Part shown: one piece after another, positions 54,938-64,000 of the stretch
How the letters are laid out: each line of letters opens with the position of its first letter
How positions within the stretch are numbered: the first letter of the stretch is position 1
Source of the DNA: Octopus vulgaris
Taxonomy: Eukaryota
NCBI GenBank assembly: GCA_951406725.2
Contig: OX597818.1
Location: forward strand, 16,864,001 to 16,928,000
Direction: 5' to 3'
Length of the DNA: 64,000 nucleotides
Position numbers and translations under genes: made by a program
Notes under the pieces: model-generated
The model's input: only the letters and a program-made list of their open reading frames with translations
Database searches by the model: none
Told to the model about the DNA's origin: nothing

Positions 54938-55148
54938 CCTTTCTACTGTAGGCACAAGGCCTGAAATTTCGGGGAGGGGACTAGTCAATGACATCAACCC
55001 CAGTGCTTCACTGATACTTAATTTATCAACCCTGATAGGATGAAAAGTAAAGTCGACCTCAGCAGAATTTGAACTCAGAATGTAGCAGCAGATGAAATAC
55101 CGCTAAGCATTTTGCCCAGCATGCTAATGATTCTGCTAGCTCACTGCC

Positions 55149-55182
<34 letters not shown>

Positions 55183-55419
55183 CAACAATAATTTCTTTTA
55201 ATAATAGTGATGATGATGATAATAATGATTTCAAATTTTGACACAAGGCCTGCAATTTTGCAAGAGGCTGTAAGTCACTTACATCAACCCCAGTATACAA
55301 CTGGTACTTATTTTATTGACCCCAAAAGGATGAGAGACAAAGCTGACCTCAGCAGAATTTGAATACAGAATTTGAATCTTTCACACAGCATGCTAATGAT
55401 TCTGCCAGCTCGCTGCCCT

Positions 55420-56170
55420 AATAATAATAATAGTTGTATTAGTAGTCTATGAGACACAATGTCAGTCTAGAAACTAAAATATGTGTATACAAGTCTTGTA
55501 TTTTAAGCACAGTTTTATATGGGGCAGACACATGGACTCCCTACTACAGATACATAAAGAAACTTGAAACCTTCAACATGTCCTGTTTGCTCAACATATG
55601 CAAGATAAAATAGCAAGATAAAATATCCAATTCCAAGATCTTAAAAAAATGTGATATCTCCAGTATCTAAAGCATGCTGATGAGGATTCAGGGCAGATGG
55701 ATAGAACATATTGTTTGGATGAAAAATGACGGCATTATGAAAATTCTTCTGTGTGGCCAACAAGTGGAAGGATAATGCAGCAAAGGAAGCCCTCTCCTTA
55801 GCTATGATGTAAAGTTGAAGCAATCAATAAAATCTCTACAGCTTAACCTGACATCTTGGGAAAGTCATTGCCTAGATCGGTGTGCATGGTGTAAAATGTG
55901 TCACAATGCATCCAAACAATTTGAGTTGAAGACATTGAACAATAGAACTATATTCTACAATCAACAGACACACTTGCCCAATCCGAGGCAAAATCAAAAT
56001 CATCAATGTCCCCATCGTGACTCCATAACAAAATCCATACCTGGACTGAAATTACATTCACGCATCCATCACAAATAGTTGCAGTTACTTAGTTCTTTCT
56101 TTCTTTCTATTACTCTCTTTAAGTCCTCTCCTTCAAACACTCTTACGTCGAAACCAAAAAGAGCAACCAT
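55420..56170 (+). mobile_element. RTE LINE 3' fragment with C-terminal C2H2-like finger
   Basis: VLLYGADTWT...LETFNMSCL remnant; HQCPHRDSITKSIPGLKLHSRIH. Confidence 0.8.
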
Positions 56171-58899
56171 TAGTAGTTTACTATCTGAAATGAATTTATC
56201 ATCCATTGGGCTTGTGATTTTTATTACTTTCTTTAACTTTTCGTTTTTTTAAAAATCTTTTGCTTTTATTTTTCATCAGAATCAATATATTATCATCAAT
56301 ATCTTCATAATCAATATCAATTTCGACATCAACTTCATTAATTTCATCATCATCATCATCATCATCATACCTACTTTTCTTTTTTCATCATTGTTGTTGA
56401 CTATTGTTTTCCTTCTTTTCTCTGATCTTTTGTCATTTTCTAACTTTTTTTTCTCTTCTATCAATACAATGTCTGTCGCTTCCTTCTTCATACTTCTCCC
56501 TTTTTCTCTGTCACATACACCTCACACAACATTTTATATTCTTCTTGTTTCTCTCACATTTTAATCTACGTGCAATTTCAGTTCCTTTTTCTGCTACTGC
56601 AACTGATCGCAGTGATTATGATGATAGACAATGGGCTTCTTTTAGTTTTCATCTACTAAGGCTTTGACTTAGGACGATGGTGGGAGATACTTGCCCAAGT
56701 TGTCATGTAGTATCATGTGGTTGGGAAGCAAACTTTTACCACACAAACATGTTCTCACTCATTGGCTTAAATTTTCAAATTTTTTTTTTTTACATCTTTT
56801 CATTCTGAGTTCAAATTCCACCAACGTCAACTGTACTTTTCATCCTTTTGGGATCAATGAAATATGTACCAGTTGAGCACTGGGTTTGATATCAACTAAC
56901 CCCCTCCCTCAAAATGTCAGGCCTTGTGCCTATAGTATGTGTGTGTGAGTGAGAGAGAGAGAGAAGAGTTAACCGCTAAAGTTCATTAAGAATGCTCTGC
57001 ATATGTTCTTTCAGCTCTCTATTAAGGCGGCGAGCTGGCAGAATCGTTAGTGCGTCGGGCGAAATGCTTAGCGGTATTTCGTCTGCCGTTACATTCTGAG
57101 TTCAAATTCCGCCTAGGTCGACTTTGCCTTTCATCCTTTCGGGGTCGATAAATAAAGTACCAGTTTCGCACTGGAGTCGATGTAATCGACTTAATCCCTT
57201 TGTCTGTCCTTGTTTGTCCCCTCTATGTTTAGCCCCTTGTGGGCAATAAAGAAATATATTAGTGTAACTATGCATTATATGGCTGGGTTTGAACTTGCAG
57301 TTAGTAATTATCCAACTTTCATAACAACAATAACATTTTGTGACATGTCAACCCCTAATGACAAAGTACTTTTTTAATATTCATTAAATTTTGAAAATCT
57401 GGTTTATTTATTTATTTTCCCAGTGTATGACTGGTATTTATGAACTTCGTGTCATTCTGTATTTGTAGGAACACACTGGCAGCATTTATGTTTATAACAG
57501 TTTCTTCCATTTGTATTGTATAATATATAATGACCAGCATAATACTTACTCTTTTACTTGTTTCAGTCATTTGGCTGTGGCCATGCTGGAGCACTGCCTT
57601 TCAGTCGAGCAAATCGACCCCAGGACTTATTCTTTGTAAGCCTAGTACTTATGCTATCAGTCTCTTTTGCTGAACTGCTAAGTTACAGGGACATAAACAC
57701 ACCAGCATCAGTTGTCAAGTGATGTTGGGGGGACAAACACAGACACACAAACACACACACACATACTTTATTTGATTACTCTTTTTTCCACCTTGTGTGT
57801 GTTTACTCCAGTATATATATATATATATATACATACGATGGGCTTCTTTCAGTTTCTGTCTACCAAATCCACTCACAAGGCTTTGGTCGGCCCGAGGCTA
57901 TAGTAGAAGATACTTGCTCAAGGTGCCACACAGTGGGACTGAACCTGGAACCATGTGGTTGGTAAGCAAGCTACTTACCACACAGCCACTCCTAGAATCT
58001 GTCTTTTATTGTACTGCATTATTACTATTATTAAGGTAGCAAGCTGGCAGAATTGTTAGCATGCCAGATTCATTGCTTGGCTTTTTGATCCGAGTTCGAA
58101 TTCTGCCAAGGCTGTCTTTGCTTTTCATCCTTTTGGAATTGATAAAAGAAAGTACCAGTTGAACACTCACTGGGGTCAATGTAATTGACTTGCCCCTACC
58201 ACTAAAATCGCTAGCCTTGTGCCAAAATTTGAAACAAATGGTACTGAGCTGACTGTCATTAGGACACTGGACAAAATATTAAGCAGCATTTCATCCGTTT
58301 TTACATTCTGAGTTCAAATTCCACCAAAGTCAACTGAACATTTCATCCTTTTGGGATCAATGAAATATTTACCTGTTGAGCATTGGATTTGATATCCTCA
58401 ACTAACCCCATCCCTCAAAATTTCAGGCCTTGTACCTATAGTATGTTTAATACATGTATGTGTGTGTGAGAGAGAGAGAGGGGAGGTACTGAAAAGTTCC
58501 CAGCTTTAAAGGTATTTTGTAAGGCCTGGTTGGAGACCCAATCTTCCAAGTTCTTTTACAAAGCTTAGAAAAACTGAAGGACTGCAGCAATTGTTTCCTG
58601 GTGGTTACAGAAAGGAATCTTAGAGGAATGTGACAGCAACAATGGCAACTATAGAAAGAACAGCAGCAGCAGCAATGGCAGCAACAACATTCCATTGAAG
58701 GCATAGAAAATAGCCTGAACAAGGAAGATGATAACAACTAGGACAACAACAACATGGATCATAACAGAGCTGCCACTGACAACAACAACACCAAGTAGTG
58801 GTAATAGTAATTGTGCTAACAAAAGTGCTAATGAGAATAATTGGTAAAAGTGGTATAACTTATCAAAACAAAGGAAACAATTAACTGACATGGTTGAGT

Positions 58900-61350
58900 T
58901 GTCAGCGACTAAACTGGCTATCCCACTAGGTTTGCTTGGTGAGGAAGGTGAAAAGTGATTTTTGGACACCATGCAGGATGAAAAATAAGACCCGGCCTTG
59001 GCTGGCAGTCTGTCTAGGAGAAGGCACACTCTGGTTTAAAAACTCCGTAGTCACCTTGGCTTTTTCCTTGGGATGAAGCAGAAGAACCATGAAACAGGAG
59101 CTAGCTCCTGAGTAATGGTCAGATGAGGATAAGCCCCATGCAATGTCATCTGTTTCCCACTGGAAACATCGTATGAATGGTGTGTGGGTTTCATCTGTTA
59201 TCAAAGCTTGAGCAAATTCCATCTTCACTATTGAGCCACCAGTCCTGCATCCAAACAACCTTTCCCCATGTGGCTTTAATGTGCACCAGTGTCTAAGCTA
59301 TTTGGATGAGGATGAGTGAGTGTGATGGGTGACACAAGCTCATACCACTTAAAGCAAATTTATTGTGGAGGTAGTTTGAAGGTGAGTTGAAAGTCCTATG
59401 GGGACAAAAACAGGCAAAGGATATTGCTTGAAGTTACTTGCCAGAGCCCCACATATAGGTGGCACAGAGGATGATGTCTGTCTTTTTGTAGAATCTGAAG
59501 GAATCTCTTTTCTGTGGCAAACAGTCCTATCTAGGTGTAACATTGCTTCTCCAATATTGGAGATGAGGTGAGAAAAGGAACCCTAAAAAAAGTGTTGCTA
59601 TCAATAAGTTCACATTAACTGCAAATATCTAGCCATGCAGTTTATTGCATTTGAGATAAAGATAAGCAGAAAGTTGGCATATGAACCAAGAATTCATGGT
59701 GTTGGCTTTGCTATTAAATTGACCCTATTTTGCAAGTTGATATCCATCTTCTAAGCTGTTGATGAGTGCCTCATGGCGTTCCATATACTGATAGGTAATT
59801 CCTCATCTATGCTCCTACATTATCAGTATCCAAACAAGAACATCTACTTAAAATTGCAGATAGTTCTCAGTAAAATTCCATATGAGGACAATCATATTGA
59901 TAGGCAAGAAACACACACTGTGATCAAAAGTAATAGGAAAATATGGAACAAGAAAGATGAATGGAAGCTGTTTTATAACTGTTGTCTTTTTATCAACAGT
60001 TTGGTCTAACAACCACAAACAGTGTTTCAGCAGGCAGATAAATATAGAAACATCTGGAAGCATCCGCCGATCTGGTAACTGGCATGTGCTTGACTATGTC
60101 ATCACAAAGAGCAAAGATTGAAGCGATTTCAGATTAACTGGAGCTCACAAAGCTCCCATGTGTTACTTGGATCACAGAATGGTTTACAATAAGATATTTG
60201 TTAAACCATATACAAAGAGGCCATTAAAATCTGGTACGCCTCTGAAAATAAGTATCTTCTTTAAAAAATCCAGAAAGGACAAAAAAAAAAAAAATTTGAA
60301 GTGCATCCTAAATTCAAAGCTTGAGAACATAGAGGAAAGCAATGATTCTGAAGTTTTGTGGCAAAATATTCATGACATCAAATCATCTGCTGAAGAAGTT
60401 CTAGGATTTGTCAAATGCAAGGACCAAGATTGATTTGATGAGAATGATTCTCAAACCAAACTCTTCATAGAAACCAAGCACAAAAGACACAAGGCATGGA
60501 TCTCAAACAAAAACTCACCATCACTCATATCCTTATTCATCTTTAAGAAAACTACTCAGAATAAACTGCATGAGATGAAACATTTTTAATGAGCAAAAAA
60601 AAAAAAAAAAATCCCAAGAATTGGAACAGGCTGCTAACTCTCACAACCTGAGAACATTGTATAACAATCTGAAAGGTGTATTTGGTTCAAAAATATGTTG
60701 TACAGAACCAATTCTGAAAAGATGGGCTGAACACTTTAAATCTGTATTAAATCAAGAATCCACTACCAATTCTGAAGTAATCAATGAAGTCCTTATAATT
60801 GAGAGGCCTACAGTTGAGGAACTTGTGGAAGATCCTTCTGTTAAAAAACTTTCCAACAGTTGTTTGAATGAAAGATGACTGCATTCTGAAAATTCTTTTG
60901 TATTACCGCCAAGTAGAGGGACACCGTGGTAAAAGAAGACTGTCCTTAGATATGAGGATAAGTTGAAGCAATCACTAATGTCTCTACAGCTTAATTTGAC
61001 ACCTTGGGAAAGTCATTGCCTAGATCAATCAACATGGCATAAAATGTGTCATGATGTACCAAAACAATTTGAGTTGAAGAAACAGAACAGTAAAAGATGA
61101 AAATTATATCCTGCAATCAACAGACACATTTACCCAATCAAAATCATCAGTGTCCCCACTGTGACTTCCTAGCAAAATCTATACCTGAACTCAAATTACA
61201 TTCACACATTCATTGCAAATAGATGCAGTTTCTTTTATTCATTTATTTTCAGAGTTTTTTACTTTTTCTCATTTAAAAAAAAAATCTTTTACTTTAAATC
61301 CTCTGCTTCAAACACTCATACATCGAAATTGACAAGAGTGACCATCATCA
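58900..61350 (+). mobile_element. Internally deleted RTE LINE (5' region, endonuclease, 3' end)
   Basis: Peptides WKHPP.SGNWHVLDYVIT, LDHRMV and ILKRWAEHFKSVLN. The 3' end is homologous to 55790-56170; the RT core is missing. Confidence 0.8.
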
Positions 61351-62404
61351 TCTTTATTATTATTATTATTATTATTCGTTTGCAGAGGTCAACTTAGCCT
61401 TTCGTGCTTTTCGGATTGACAAATTAAGTTGTTGAGCTGGCAGAATTGTTAGCACACTGGGCAAAATGCTTTGTGGCATTTCGTCTATCTCTCTGTTCTA
61501 AGTTCAAATTCTACTGATGTTCATTTTACCTTTCATTCTTTCAGAATCAACAAAATAAGTACTAGTTGAACACTAGGGGTCAGTGTAATTGACTTATCCC
61601 TCCCTTAGAATTGATGGCCTTGTGCTAAAATTTGAAAGCATTATTATTATTATTGCATATCTTTATTGCACAACTAATCTTGACTTTGTATGCTTTGGTC
61701 ACATGCAGTGTTTTATCTTTTCCTCTTATATTGAAAACATGTAATATACATGCAGTGTCCCGGTAGTGCTATGCTATTTTCTGTATATTGTGTATATAAG
61801 TGCTGAAATTTTTGCTTTGTATTTATTTCCAGTCTTTCTGAGGCACCTGTTACTATGAAGTTTGTTTCTGTTTTCCATCCCCATTCGTCTCTCTTTTCAG
61901 ATCTTTATAATTGTATGGCTTGGATATCATCATCATCATTATTTTGATGATGATGAGGTTTCCTTCTTTCAATTTTGTTTCCATTTCTTGCTGAGGGTCT
62001 TCCCAACACCTAGAGCAAAGAAACTCACTGTAATTTGATAGGCCATGAAACTAAACACACTAGACTGTTCATTTTCAAAATCAATTGAAGTTATATGAAA
62101 AAAAAAATACATGGGTGATAATTGTTCTCACATCAACAAATGTTCTTCTCTATGTGTGATGTACCAGTTAAAACAATCCTTTGCACTTCTTGTGTGGATG
62201 ATCATTCTCAAACAATTTTCAGTTCCCTTTTTTTTATATTTATCATTTCTTGTGCTCCTTCAATCATTGGTATTGTTACCGCCTTCATATATACCACATT
62301 TTTTCGATTTCAATGAGCAAATCTTTATATTTTCTGACCTTGTCAATTTCATTGAGTGTGTTTGTTTGTTGTTTCACTGTTTCATTTCACTACTAGAAGT
62401 GCAG

Positions 62405-62437
<33 letters not shown>

Positions 62438-62462
62438 ATTGTTATGTCTTGCCTTGGTACAG

Positions 62463-62583
62463 GTTCAAATATACAAGAAGAGGTTGAGGAAGAGAAGGGT
62501 AACATGACAGCTGTCATAGTAGCTGCAACCATGGTCCCTGTCATCGTCATACTTATTATTGTCTTGGTGACACTAAGTTTCCG
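62463..62583 (+). CDS. PTP99A-like exon I, stalk and transmembrane helix
   Basis: Acceptor ggtacag| and donor |gtgagt. Translates GSNIQEEVEEEKGNMTAVIVAATMVPVIVILIIVLVTLSFR: a hydrophobic helix followed by a basic residue. Phase 1, compatible with exon H. Confidence 0.9.
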
Positions 62584-64000
62584 GTGAGTACTACTGCTAC
62601 TAACACTAATATTGTAACTGTTGGTTGTTCCTTTGGCATTTTAGGTGCAGATATGGCTGTATGGTTAAGACGTTTGTTTTGCAACCACATAGGTTCAGGT
62701 TTAACCCTTTAGCATTTAAACTGGCCATATCTGGCCAAAATGTTCTTCCTGTTTTATGTTGAAAGTGGCCAGATGCAGCCTCTCACACCTACCCTACAAT
62801 GTTAGTCCAAAACATATACAGTCAGTCAATCAAAATCTCAAAGCTGCAAGATAATGCAGGGTAAATTCAAAATAATGTGAATAAATAAGCATTACATTTG
62901 ATAGAATAATTGGAATGCTAAAGAGTTAACCCATTCTGTGGCATAATGGACAAGTGTCTTCTACTACAGCCTTGAGTTAAAATTTAGTTGACGGAAACTA
63001 CCGCAGCTTGTCGTGTGTGTTATATGAATGAGCATAAATTTTGATATTCTGTGCTTATCACTACTTCAGTAAAACAATGGTGGTAGTAATATTTCTTTTC
63101 AACATTATGAATAATTGATTTGTGTTTTAAAAGATTTCTGGAATAGAATGAATTCTTGTTTGTAAAACAGGTACGGTTTGGTGATAGGAAAAGCATCTAA
63201 CCATAAAATCCTGCTTCAGATAGTGCCTTTCTAATCTCTGCTAGCATGGAAAATTGGACATTAAATGAATATAAATTTGTGTGTGTGTGTGCACGCATGT
63301 TTTATCATCATTTAATTTTGATGTCCCATGCTGTTATGGGTTTGATGAAACCAAGGATTGCATCACACCCTGTTATCTTCTTTGGTATGGTTTCTATGCT
63401 TGATGCCCTTCCTAATGCTAACCCCTTTACAGTATGGACTAGGTGCTTTGTTTCAAGCCACCAGCACTAGTGAGGTAACCATGCAGCTCACAAGACTATG
63501 AACCCCAAGGGAGTGTGGTTTTATGCTAGGAGATGAAGGGGTTAATGTATAACTTCAAAATTAATACTGCTTAGACAGCAGTGAGATTCATTTATATGCT
63601 GCATAAACAATATATCCCTACAGCTCAATGGTTTAACATGTTAAGCCCAATGATATGATATAAAGTGGCTTACTGAAAAACAAATAAGTGTCGGCATCTG
63701 CTGTAGAATAGAGCCTTAAGATGTCTGGTCCAACCCATACCAACATGGAAAAGGTGGACATAAAAACAAAAATGAGGAAAATGTCTATTGTTTCATTGGT
63801 CCATTTCACTGCTGGAAGTGCATATTTGTGTTGTGTTTGTCGTTGAAGTAAGCATATGCACATTAAGTATTTACAGAGTACGTTGGGTATATTTTGTAGC
63901 TCTTACACTAGTGGTATTACCTTGTATTCTGTAAGCTTAAATAGTCCTCACTAGTTTATGTTGCGTTCTTGTGCTCAAGAGTGAGTGATGACAGAAGAAT

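Noticed and set aside
61870-61915. Strong-looking acceptor ctcttttcag|atctttataa
   Set aside because: There is no donor nearby, and the surrounding sequence looks like a decayed repeat.
62111-62462. 5' part of the 158-aa ORF 62111..62587
   Set aside because: Intronic read-through including an (ATT)n run; only 62463-62583 is exon.

Overview
Eukaryotic, AT-rich, microsatellite- and transposon-dense DNA. The SINE, RTE and MITE content looks like an octopus genome; this is an inference, not a database result. The whole window lies inside one + strand gene. Nine GT-AG exons (6389-62583) splice in frame into four fibronectin type-III domains, a short stalk and a transmembrane helix, best matching a PTP99A-type receptor protein tyrosine phosphatase. 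The N-terminus and any catalytic domains lie outside the window. Introns hold a full-length dead mariner, RTE LINE fragments, a Helitron 3' end, a Penelope-like RT relic, hAT-, piggyBac- and mariner-type MITEs and many SINEs. Three signals stand out. (1) Several short elements in or near (TA)n tracts, most of them fold-backs, carry minimal type-I hammerhead ribozyme folds with different cores: canonical C3-G8, a compensatory G3-C8 swap, and a U4C variant. (2) The 29-kb intron before the TM exon holds candidate frame-preserving microexons (48, 36, 30 and possibly 9 nt). (3) A closely related inverted RTE pair brackets three exons and could drive dsRNA editing or back-splicing. All structures were read by eye; none were computed or searched.
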